Virus record (IMG/VR): IMGVR_UViG_3300050343_000141 | Span: 1-56,450 of that record | DNA length: 56,450 bases | From: a virus | Lineage: Duplodnaviria; Caudoviricetes | Direction: 5' to 3' (one strand) | Shown: positions 1-8,040 of the stretch, piece by piece | How the letters are laid out: the number at the start of each line of letters is the position of its first letter | How positions within the stretch are numbered: position 1 is the first letter of the stretch | Notes under the pieces: generated by a model | Told to the model about the DNA's origin: nothing | Seen by the model: only the letters and a program-made list of their open reading frames with translations | Database searches by the model: none | Made by a program: the position numbers and the translations under genes

Positions 1-1565
1 CCTATTTTGATTTGGTTCAGCCTTTCCATGTATGCGGATGTGTCGAGGTTTCCGTCCTCGTCCGTAGCCGCGTCTCTCGCGCCCACTATTTTGGTGTCGA
101 CTTGATTTCTGTCGAAATAGTCATCATTGCCACTGCCTGTAGTACCCAACAGATCCTTCGCCGATACAGACGCTACGCCTGTCTCAGTGATGTTGCGCAA
201 ATTATTAGTAGCGGCTGTACGTGCGCCTTCGCTTGGTGCATACGCGGCTAGCGTAGCCCAAGCCATGGCCTGCTCTTTAGGAGGAAGTCGTTTAATGTCA
301 CGAGATGACGCGATCTGACGTTCTTTAAGCATACCAATGGTTGCCGCTCGATCTTCGGGTGTTATGAAACTAAAGTCCCCAGATGCGATCTGCTCGGGGG
401 TCATGGTCTCTAACGTGTCTGTGATCTTGCGTTGAGTAGCCATGTAGTCAACGGCTGGGTTACCTGTGGGCTTTGGTGCGGCAGGTTCGCCGCCAACGGC
501 AGCTAAATCCGCCTCCGCTGCCGCCAATGCTTCTCTGTTCTTTCGCATTGAAATAGAGTCTTCGGAAACGCCGCGCTCTTCTAGTAACGCAATATTTCCT
601 TGGAGCTTTTCTATTTTACCCGGTAGGGCTGCAATCCTTGATTCTTCGCGTCTTGTGCGACCGTCTTGCTCCATGTCCCCTGCTATTTCTAAACGGCCCC
701 TAGACGCTGGGCGCTCTTCAGAAGGCTGGCCTGCTACTGCAATATTTGGTGCAGTCAATTCCTGTGGGGCAGACATGGGGATAAGCTCGATGCCTAAATC
801 TTTCGCCACCGATTCGATCTGCGCCTGCTGTTCTGATAACTCCATGCCAAAGACTGAAGACATAAAGGCACGGCTGGCTGCTTTACCGCCGGATTTCTCA
901 TTTAGCGCCTCATTTATGCGGGAGACGTTTTGAATTTCAGCTTCTTGTTCGCCATACGTGCTCTCAACTACCGTTTGATACGCGTTATTAGCGAATGCAC
1001 CTTCGGGATTAGCATCGCTCTCAGTCCTTGGACGACCTATCTGTAAAGCGCGCTCTACTTGAGCACGGGTCAGGGGCTGCACAGGATCATCGTCTTCACT
1101 TGTGCCATTCCGAGTAAGGGGCGCAATCGTTCCTTTTTTCGGGCCGTCTGTGTACTCGATCTCAAGTATGTACTGACCATCACTGGTCTTGGAATACCCG
1201 CTAACCTTTTGATTAGAGTCCAATTGACTAAGTTGCTGCATACCCCTAGTAGCAATCATTGAGAACCCATCCGTGAAAGCGATAGCGGCTTCTTCGTTTT
1301 CGGGGTTCTCTATTTGGTCCAGAACATTTGCAGTGAAGTTGCCCCCTGCGTCTAAGACCCCTCGGTCTTGAAGCTCGTTCATTTTGGCCAATGCTTCGGC
1401 AGAATCTAATTCGCTTTGGGCTGTCTCGTTGGACAATCTTTGCCCTTCGGTTTCTAGCGCTCTTCCTTCTGCACCTTCATTCCACTGACGCTTCTCCTCA
1501 CGCAGAGCTTTATTCCTCTGCATGACCCCCATGATGCCTGCTAAGTTGTCGCCTATACCCGCCAT
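1..1565 (-). CDS. Putative internal virion (ejection) protein, N-terminal part; runs off the left edge
   Basis: Not in the ORF track. ATG at 1565 (MAGIGDNLAGIMGVMQRNK) with GGAG upstream. Manually translated without stops over 1565-841 and 50-1; the middle was not read in full. Follows two Ala/Gln-rich virion genes. Confidence 0.6.
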   Translation of the reverse strand, partial: MAGIGDNLAGIMGVMQRNKALREEKRQWNEGAEGRALETEGQRLSNETAQSELDSAEALAKMNELQDRGVLDAGGNFTANVLDQIENPENEEAAIAFTDGFSMIATRGMQQLSQLDSNQKVSGYSKTSDGQYILEIEYTDGPKKGTIAPLTRNGTSEDDDPVQPLTRAQVERALQIGRPRTESDANPEGAFANNAYQTVVESTYGEQEAEIQNVSRINEALNEKSGGKAASRAFMSSVFGMELSEQQAQIESVAKDLGIELIPMSAPQELTAPNIAVAGQPSEERPASRGRLEIAGDMEQDGRTRREESRIAALPGKIEKLQGNIALLEERGVSEDSISMRKNREALAAAEADLAAVGGEPAAPKPTGNPAVDYMATQRKITDTLETMTPEQIASGDFSFITPEDRAATIGMLKERQIASSRDIKRLPPKEQAMAWATLAAYAPSEGARTAATNNLRNITETGVASVSAKDLLGTTGSGNDDYFDRNQVDTKIVGARDAATDEDGNLDTSAYMERLNQIKI

Positions 1566-1577
1566 CTGAAGTACTCC

Positions 1578-2267
1578 TTAGAACGCGAACGCCATGATCG
1601 CCATAGCACCAAGCGACCCAAGGGTGCTGTACGTGTTCGCTTTATTGGCTGCTTTGGCCTGATCGTAGGCTGAGTTACGGTTTGCCGCTTGTGCCGCCGC
1701 GCCGCCCAGTTGATCCATAGACGATCGGTTAAGCCCTTGGCCGATATTGATGAGGTCACCTAGCAACGCTGTGTTCTGTTGCTTCTGGGCGAGCTTCGCG
1801 TTGTTGATCTGGTTGATACCACCTAACGTGTTCTGACGTTGCAACGTACGTTGTTGTTGCTGTCGCATGGCTGGCGTAATGTTAGCGCCGTACCGACTAG
1901 CGTTACGGTCCGCAATGCCTTGGGCGACGCCCTGCGTCATAGACACGTCTTCGCGAGCTTGATCGATCAGCGAGGTATCGTTCTGGGCCTTGTCGATTAG
2001 ATCGGTCTCAAAGCCGCCGTAGTTATTAACGAAGTCCATGTACTGCTGACGTGTCATATCAGCGTAGGCTTTCTCTGGGTCGCTGACAGTTGGTAGCTGA
2101 CCGGCGTTATAACCCGGTGTACCCGCAGTCGCACCTGCTGTTCCGGCGACGCCGGGGCCGTTATACCCAGCACCCGTATTCGTCACGCCTGCCGCCGCAT
2201 TTTGATTTGCGGCTGCATTAGCCTGCGCTGTCGCTCTATCAATATCTGGAATGTCTCCGATTGACAT
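1578..2267 (-). CDS. Putative internal virion/pilot protein (Ala/Gln/Asn-rich, hydrophobic C-terminus)
   Basis: 229 aa, helical low complexity, ends LGSLGAMAIMAFAF; position after the adaptor genes is typical of podovirus ejection proteins. Confidence 0.5.
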   Translation of the reverse strand: MSIGDIPDIDRATAQANAAANQNAAAGVTNTGAGYNGPGVAGTAGATAGTPGYNAGQLPTVSDPEKAYADMTRQQYMDFVNNYGGFETDLIDKAQNDTSLIDQAREDVSMTQGVAQGIADRNASRYGANITPAMRQQQQRTLQRQNTLGGINQINNAKLAQKQQNTALLGDLINIGQGLNRSSMDQLGGAAAQAANRNSAYDQAKAANKANTYSTLGSLGAMAIMAFAF

Positions 2268-2269
2268 TG

Positions 2270-2872
2270 TTAACCCCCCATTCCGTATTTCCAGCGCTCA
2301 CCAAGGCTGGAAACTTTCTTTCCATTCTCGGCAGGAGTAAAAAAACTACCGCCATCTGTTTGCATGTTGTCGTACCCCTGCATACCAGCGGTCAAAGCAA
2401 GACTCGCAGCAGCGTTAAACTTCGCCGTAGACACCTCTTGATTCGCCTTCGCTTTAGCTAGAGCGGCAGTACTCTCGATCTTGCCGATGTTGTTTAGCGC
2501 TTTTGCCGTGGTGTCTTGTTGCTGACGGGCAGTAGCGAGGACGCCCGACTGCGTCTGGTTCTCGGCTTTCTTTGCCTGCACATTGGCTTGCTGAAGCTGG
2601 CCACCTAGAGCCGCACCAAGGTCACCTGCACGTCCGATGTTCTGCGTGTTGCGGTACTCCGTAGGCGCGCCTGTCAGCGCTTGCATGGTGTCGGCGTTAG
2701 CCTTGCCGCGAGCAATCTCTGAGAAGTTCTGCGTCAGTGACTCGTCGCGCATTTTCTGAAGCAAAGGATCGTAGAGTTCCTTGAAGCGCTTCTGCTCCGC
2801 GACAGCAACGGCGGCGTTCATCTTCTCGCCTTCAGTTGCCTCGTAGTCTGATTTCTTCGGTCCGCTACTCAT
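2270..2872 (-). CDS. Putative internal virion protein
   Basis: Ala/Gln-rich helical ORF; likely start MSSGPKK at 2872, overlapping the upstream stop; synteny. Confidence 0.5.
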   Translation of the reverse strand: MSSGPKKSDYEATEGEKMNAAVAVAEQKRFKELYDPLLQKMRDESLTQNFSEIARGKANADTMQALTGAPTEYRNTQNIGRAGDLGAALGGQLQQANVQAKKAENQTQSGVLATARQQQDTTAKALNNIGKIESTAALAKAKANQEVSTAKFNAAASLALTAGMQGYDNMQTDGGSFFTPAENGKKVSSLGERWKYGMGG

Positions 2873-3317
2873 TAATCCGTCTCCCAAAATTCGCTGTCAC
2901 AAGCTCAAACCCCAATTTGTTCTGGAGGTAATCTCCCAGCGGCGGGTACTTAGTTCGTACCTCAAACTTCGTAAACCCCGCTTCTCGGGCTTGGCCCTCA
3001 AAGAACTCAAACCAGCGTACCGCTTCACTACCGCCCTTCTCATGTGCCCATGCAAGCCATATCAAGAAAGTGCGTTCACCGTTGATCGTGTCTGTCTCTC
3101 CCGTAGTGACCACGAAACCTTCTTCCGTGATCCAGAGATGTGCGGCACCGGTCTTGCACGCCACAAACACATCCTCCGGTATAAGATTCAGGTACTCGTT
3201 GTCCCCCAGAATCTCCTCTATACCCTTTCGTACCCAGCCCCACTCGTCTCTTATGTCGACAAGTTGAGGTTCACCAAACGACTTTCCGCGCTCCGTTGCG
3301 GATGGGTAATCCACCAT
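2865..3317 (-). CDS. Hypothetical protein, possible GNAT-like fold
   Basis: Likely start MVDYP at 3317. FLIWLAWA...AREAGFTKFEVRT...LGF resembles the acetyltransferase-like proteins found between adaptor and ejection genes in podoviruses. Confidence 0.4.
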   Translation of the reverse strand: MVDYPSATERGKSFGEPQLVDIRDEWGWVRKGIEEILGDNEYLNLIPEDVFVACKTGAAHLWITEEGFVVTTGETDTINGERTFLIWLAWAHEKGGSEAVRWFEFFEGQAREAGFTKFEVRTKYPPLGDYLQNKLGFELVTANFGRRINE

Positions 3318-3945
3318 ATTTAGTCTTCCTAGCAATGGGCGTGTCAGCATTTCGACCTCTGACTTCTGCCTCTCTGATTCCATCTTGGAAAAGCGCCCCG
3401 TATACCTTCGCACCGCCCAGATCGGTCCAATCTTTTGAGGGCAGACGAAGTAAACGGAACAGTGCACCGTTAATGATCGCGTCCCGATACTCATCAGCAA
3501 CGCGGTCTTGAATAGAGTTAGCTTTCTGTGATGGCTTTAAGATCACATGGACAATGAGGCCGTTCTTAACCTTGTCCTGCGGCACAGGGCACAGCCAGAA
3601 GGCGTCAGGGCGTATCTGAGCAATCAGCTTGGGTACGCCGCGCTTATCTTTCTCGCGCCAGTTGGGGTAACGCTCTGCCATCAGAGCGGTTCCAGCGAAC
3701 TCGACGTAACGTCCATCTAACAACGCCCACTTGATGCGATGAATAATCGCGTTAGGCGGCGGATCGAGGTCGTACTCGTAGATCCCCGGTATCACTGTCA
3801 TTGGGTCGAGATCTTCGACGTAACAACTAGACTTCTCGCACAGCTCGCGCGCGGCTTGACGGACGTTATGAATAATTAACGAGTCGGGGCACCCCGGCAC
3901 CATTGGAATGATGTCGGGTAGAAAGTCTTCGAATTGGATGGCCAT
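3271..3945 (-). CDS. Head-tail adaptor / tail tubular-like structural protein
   Basis: 224 aa; VPGCPDSLI...AARELCEKS and YRDAIINGALFRLL resemble podovirus adaptors; downstream of the capsid gene. Confidence 0.55.
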   Translation of the reverse strand: MAIQFEDFLPDIIPMVPGCPDSLIIHNVRQAARELCEKSSCYVEDLDPMTVIPGIYEYDLDPPPNAIIHRIKWALLDGRYVEFAGTALMAERYPNWREKDKRGVPKLIAQIRPDAFWLCPVPQDKVKNGLIVHVILKPSQKANSIQDRVADEYRDAIINGALFRLLRLPSKDWTDLGGAKVYGALFQDGIREAEVRGRNADTPIARKTKYGGLPIRNGARKVVW

Positions 3946-3946
3946 A

Positions 3947-4663
3947 TTAGGCGCTCGCCGTCAGGTTGGGGTTGCTCCGCGACTCAAGGTTTGGAGTCGT
4001 GATTACGTCTACCTGACCCTTACCAGTAACCGACGCAGTAAATATCTGATAGTGACTAGACGCCCGTTGCGCGTTACCTGCGTACTCCGCGTCTTTCATG
4101 TAAGCCATGTACAGCACGTAATTCAGAATCGCGTTCTGGTACAAGTCAGGAATAGAAATCGGATCAGACATCTGAGTTACATCGTCAGGGTTAGCTGAGT
4201 AGATGATCTCTATGTGCGGGATCAACGCGCCGGTGTAGTCGTTAGAGATACCGGGGTAAACGTAGAAGTGCTGTGGGTCTTGCTCGTCGTACATGTAGTG
4301 CTTAACGAGATTGCCAAACTCGGACTCCCCCGTTACTTCTGGGTCGTGCCAATCTGGTTGCTGCGCGTCCAAGATTTCTCGGCTGACCAACCGAATGGCC
4401 CTGCCACCAACATTAGCGCTAGCGTCGATCATGTTGCGCACTACGCGTAGCAGTCTAAGAGCACCGGCTGGCAACGACTGCTTGGTGCCGGGGATCATAG
4501 CCATGGTTTCGTTTTTGGAGCTTGCGTCTGGTTTTATCAGGGCAATTTCACGTTGGCCGTCGTTGATCCATCCTATTAACTCGTCGTCAGGCCATCGAAC
4601 AGAGGTTGTGTCCTGTAAGACCGCTCTCGCTTTAGTTACAACACTCCCAACTGTGACTGCCAT
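3947..4663 (-). CDS. Head-tail adaptor (DUF6682-like structural protein)
   Basis: LQDTTSVRWPDDELIGWINDGQREIA and AILNYVLYMAYMKDAEYA recognised as an adaptor-family pattern. Confidence 0.6.
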   Translation of the reverse strand: MAVTVGSVVTKARAVLQDTTSVRWPDDELIGWINDGQREIALIKPDASSKNETMAMIPGTKQSLPAGALRLLRVVRNMIDASANVGGRAIRLVSREILDAQQPDWHDPEVTGESEFGNLVKHYMYDEQDPQHFYVYPGISNDYTGALIPHIEIIYSANPDDVTQMSDPISIPDLYQNAILNYVLYMAYMKDAEYAGNAQRASSHYQIFTASVTGKGQVDVITTPNLESRSNPNLTASA

Positions 4664-4665
4664 GG

Positions 4666-5079
4666 TTAGTCCTCTTTAGTTAACGCTTCGGCCCATGCCT
4701 CTTCGCGCTCATCTACTTCAACGGACCGCCCAGCCATTTTGTTTACTACAGCGGCTTTGGGGGTTCCGTCTGCGCGCAAATCGTCGGGGTTCGCGCGCTC
4801 AATTATTTTTGCCATGACCACGCTTAGGTCATCGCTCTCTTCTACTACTTCCTGCTCTGGCTCCTTTGGCTCTTCTGCTGGTGCAGGAGGAGTGCCGGAG
4901 TTCAGTTCTGGCTTAGGCGGTGGGTCAACAGGCTTAGGCTCACTGCCCTGCCTTGCCCCTTTACGTAATGCCTCAAGCCCTAAAATATCTGGTAAGTCAC
5001 GGGGTATGCCCGCCTTCAAACGGCATGCGCCGCCATTGGTTAAAGACACGTACAAATCTTTGTCACTAATAATCATCAT
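4666..5079 (-). CDS. Hypothetical protein (Pro/Glu linker)
   Basis: 137 aa ORF in the structural operon, tightly packed with neighbours. Confidence 0.6.
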   Translation of the reverse strand: MMIISDKDLYVSLTNGGACRLKAGIPRDLPDILGLEALRKGARQGSEPKPVDPPPKPELNSGTPPAPAEEPKEPEQEVVEESDDLSVVMAKIIERANPDDLRADGTPKAAVVNKMAGRSVEVDEREEAWAEALTKED

Positions 5080-5101
5080 GATTTATGTCCTTAGATGCTA
5101 C

Positions 5102-5302
5102 TTACTTCTTCTTCTTTGTACCCATAGGGCGCTTTCTTTTTATGCCTGCTTTTTTGTCTGCCGCTTTTTTAGCTTGTTTCTTCTTTTCTTTTTCTAGCTC
5201 TTTTTTGGCGGTAATCATTTTGCCTACCCCAGTAAGTTTCCACGCAGTTTTAAGCGTAGGGCCGGGCCTCTCTGTCTTTCCGTTCTTTGGTGTATATGGC
5301 AT
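5102..5302 (-). CDS. Small Lys-rich basic protein
   Basis: 66 aa with an AAGGA RBS; very Lys-rich C-terminus. Confidence 0.55.
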   Translation of the reverse strand: MPYTPKNGKTERPGPTLKTAWKLTGVGKMITAKKELEKEKKKQAKKAADKKAGIKRKRPMGTKKKK

Positions 5303-5317
5303 ATCGGAATCCTTTAG

Positions 5318-5342
5318 AAAAAAGCCCCTCCGAAGAGGGGCT
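5318..5342 (-). terminator. Intrinsic terminator after the major capsid gene
   Basis: Minus strand AGCCCCTC-TTCG-GAGGGGCT followed by a T-run. Confidence 0.85.
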
Positions 5343-5349
5343 ATCCGTT

Positions 5350-6495
5350 TTACGGTGCTGCTGCGTACTCGTTTCCGTAAGCTGTATCCAAAGCGATAAC
5401 GCCGAAGTCTTGATCGTCTCCGGTGTAGTCTGAGTTGAATACTGGCTTCAAGAAGCCGAAGATCTTGTCGATTGCGATACCGTGCTGGTTACCGTAATCG
5501 AAAGTCTTCTCGACCATGTTTGGCAGACCGATGTCAGCCATGGCCAGAGCTTGTGCACCACAGAACAGTGCGCGAGCGCCCGGTACGCCCCAACCAGCGT
5601 CACTGCCGCCTTCGGTTGAGAATACGTGTCGGAACTCGTGGACCATTACGCCATCAACCATCAGGCTAGTAGTACCAGCGAACAGCTCGTTGCTTGGGCC
5701 ACGAACACCAGCGTTCCGCACGTTAGCGAGGAAGTCAGGGTCGAGCTTCAGCGTAGCCATCTGACGAGGAGTCACAAACATGTGATACACCTCTTGGTTA
5801 CCTGCACCACGCAAGCCACGGATGTAGTTGTCTTTGGCAAATGCCTTAACTTCTACAATGTGCTTGTAACCGATAGTGTCGGTAGCTGTCAGAGCGGTTG
5901 GGTCACCAGCGTCTACACCACCATCGCCCGGCTCAGTAGAGCCAGTAACCATCAAGTGACGGTTTGCAGTAGGTGCAGTAACGGTGTCTGCGAACTCAAG
6001 GTCAGTCAGGTTTTGGCCCGTTGATCCTTTGACGGTACGCTTCGCGCCGTTGGTCTTGTAGTCGTAAGTCACACCAGACATGGTCAAGAACGCGAGCTGG
6101 TCGATACGATCGGCCATAGCGTAAGCGAGCATGTCGCGTGAAGTCTCACGGAAAGTGACTACTGATCGTTGGTCAGCCATGCGGCCAGCCAAGCGGTTAG
6201 CAAATCGAAGCTGGTCGAGCTGAACGACTTCGTCGTACGCGCGCAATGCTTCTTCGTTGCCTTCCAGATCGAAGTCACCGGTGGTGCCGTCTTCTGCCAT
6301 GTCTGCAAGCAGAGTAATGACAGCCCGTGCGCCTTTCTCATTCTTGGTCAGCTCAGTAATGCGCTGAACCATAGAGTTAGGGCCGTTGCCAGCAAATTGG
6401 TTAATGAAAGATGCGTTGCGGGCAACGCGCCAAAAATCTCGACTCCAGACGGTGAGTTCTTCTTCCGTCAGTGCCGCAAAGTTAGTAAGAGCCAT
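5350..6495 (-). CDS. Major capsid protein (N4 gp56 / DUF4043 type)
   Basis: 381 aa; MALTNFAAL, LEGNEEAL, DQLRFA, ALFCGAQALAMA, FDYGNQHGIAIDKIFG, DFGVI; follows the scaffold; GGAGG RBS and downstream terminator. Confidence 0.9.
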   Translation of the reverse strand: MALTNFAALTEEELTVWSRDFWRVARNASFINQFAGNGPNSMVQRITELTKNEKGARAVITLLADMAEDGTTGDFDLEGNEEALRAYDEVVQLDQLRFANRLAGRMADQRSVVTFRETSRDMLAYAMADRIDQLAFLTMSGVTYDYKTNGAKRTVKGSTGQNLTDLEFADTVTAPTANRHLMVTGSTEPGDGGVDAGDPTALTATDTIGYKHIVEVKAFAKDNYIRGLRGAGNQEVYHMFVTPRQMATLKLDPDFLANVRNAGVRGPSNELFAGTTSLMVDGVMVHEFRHVFSTEGGSDAGWGVPGARALFCGAQALAMADIGLPNMVEKTFDYGNQHGIAIDKIFGFLKPVFNSDYTGDDQDFGVIALDTAYGNEYAAAP

Positions 6496-6499
6496 GATT

Positions 6500-6685
6500 G
6501 GCCTCCAAAAAAGTATGCGTGATTGACAAAAGGCATTTCTGCCTACTCAGCCGACTGTCGTGTTCGGACTAACGATTTGACACTCTTTTAACGAGGTGTG
6601 CCCTCGGCGGGTTTAACGCCTTGCGAGGCGAAGGTGGTGCGTAACGAGCACCAACCGATTGCGTATCGCAGCAATAAGCGAAGTA
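6500..6685 (-). ncRNA. Candidate structured 5' leader of the capsid mRNA
   Basis: Consecutive hairpins ATTGC/GCAAT, TGGTGC/GCACCA, CGCCT/AGGCG, CGAGG/CCTCG, AGGCA-GAAA-TGCCT; four CGTTA copies. Confidence 0.5.
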
Positions 6686-6691
6686 CCTACA

Positions 6692-6720
6692 ATATTAATC
6701 TGCTAATACCATAAGGTAAA
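6692..6720 (-). promoter_or_regulatory. Sigma70-like capsid promoter overlapped by a palindromic operator (6693-6708)
   Basis: Minus strand TTTACC-N17-TAATAT; plus strand TATTAA-TCTG-CTAATA. Confidence 0.55.
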
Positions 6721-6726
6721 GGTTTT

Positions 6727-6912
6727 TTACCCGTTATTCAGATGCTTACGCTCGTTCACGTTTGGCTTGTACTCCGCCGGTGCCGAACCAGACTCCCTGC
6801 CCGTCTCATGGTAGTGAGCGATGGGTGGATCAGTGATGTCTTTTAACGGTTGGTATCCCTTCGCCTTGCGAGGTGGGACATCGATGTGCCTGTTAGGGGG
6901 TGCGCCTGCCAT
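6727..6912 (-). CDS. Small hypothetical protein
   Basis: 61 aa with an AGGAG RBS, directly after the scaffold stop. Confidence 0.55.
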   Translation of the reverse strand: MAGAPPNRHIDVPPRKAKGYQPLKDITDPPIAHYHETGRESGSAPAEYKPNVNERKHLNNG

Positions 6913-6923
6913 GATACTTCTCC

Positions 6924-8030
6924 TTAGTAAAGATCGCCGCGTAGTCGCTTCAGAGTCGCAGCGGGTAACGCGTTGAACTCTTCTTCCGACATATTAGCTA
7001 GGTTGATGGGTTTCTCACCTCTGGAACTAGATGATTCGCCCGGTAGTTCTGGGGGCTGGGCCTTTGCTTGGCTCAATTTCTTAGTTACTTCACCACGTTT
7101 CTTAGCCACTTCGTCCACCTTGGGTGCTTGAGAGTCAGCCAGAGCGGGTTGCTCCTCTGCGCTAATCATCTCGTTAGACTTCACCACGAATGCCGCCGCC
7201 TTAGACAGTGCGTTGACGGGATCTTCGCCTTTGATGATGAACGCGTCGCGCAGTTCGATCACTTCTTGGGTCATCTCTTCGCTGTACTGATCGGAAGTTT
7301 TGTCAAAAACCGGGAAAGTGGCCTCTAATTCCGATGCCGCGCGCTGTAACGTAGTGGCGGTTTGGTTAAAGGAGACAGTTTCAGCCATTTTCTGGCTCAT
7401 CTCCCACTCCAACTGCGTCTTTTCAGCGGTACGGATCTGCTGACGGAGGGCTACAGCCTCTTTCTGCTGGCCATCCAGCACCAGATTCATGTACTCGGCC
7501 TCTTTTTCGTCGAAGTCGTAGGCCTCCGGCGCGTCGGGCGGCGGAGTTTGGGCCAACTTCATGTCCTCTAGCTCTTTCTGGGACGCTTTCAGCTTGTCCA
7601 GCACCTCGTCGAGCCGCGCTTTGGGGATCATGTGGTTCCCTTTAGTGCGTTTCGTCGTCTCTTTCGGCTGCGCATCGGCGACGGTGTCAGTATTACCAGT
7701 TTCGTCGGCCTCTTTTCCGTCGTCGTCAGCTTGTTCCGCCTCTTCGGGAATGCGAGCGGGTGCATCTTCCGCTGGTTCTAGCTCCATGTCCTCGGCAACG
7801 GTCTCTTCGGAGACTTCTTCAGCCGTTTCCACGACCTCTTCCTCCTCCGTTTCCTCAACCTCGTCTTCTGCCACGACTTCTGCGGCAGTCAACTGCGGTT
7901 CGCCGCTGTCAGTTAACCCAAAACTCAGGTCAACCGGACCCTGATCGTCTTCCATTGGGTCAGCACCGGGCATGACGTCGAACATCACGTCGTTGCTCTC
8001 CTGTTCCTGCTTCTTACCTTTCTTAGCCAT
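6924..8030 (-). CDS. Capsid scaffolding protein
   Basis: Acidic N-half, MIPKARLDEV coiled coil, C-terminal MSEEEFNALPAATLKRLRGD; lies between portal and capsid. Confidence 0.75.
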   Translation of the reverse strand: MAKKGKKQEQESNDVMFDVMPGADPMEDDQGPVDLSFGLTDSGEPQLTAAEVVAEDEVEETEEEEVVETAEEVSEETVAEDMELEPAEDAPARIPEEAEQADDDGKEADETGNTDTVADAQPKETTKRTKGNHMIPKARLDEVLDKLKASQKELEDMKLAQTPPPDAPEAYDFDEKEAEYMNLVLDGQQKEAVALRQQIRTAEKTQLEWEMSQKMAETVSFNQTATTLQRAASELEATFPVFDKTSDQYSEEMTQEVIELRDAFIIKGEDPVNALSKAAAFVVKSNEMISAEEQPALADSQAPKVDEVAKKRGEVTKKLSQAKAQPPELPGESSSSRGEKPINLANMSEEEFNALPAATLKRLRGDLY

Positions 8031-8040
8031 TAGCAATCTC

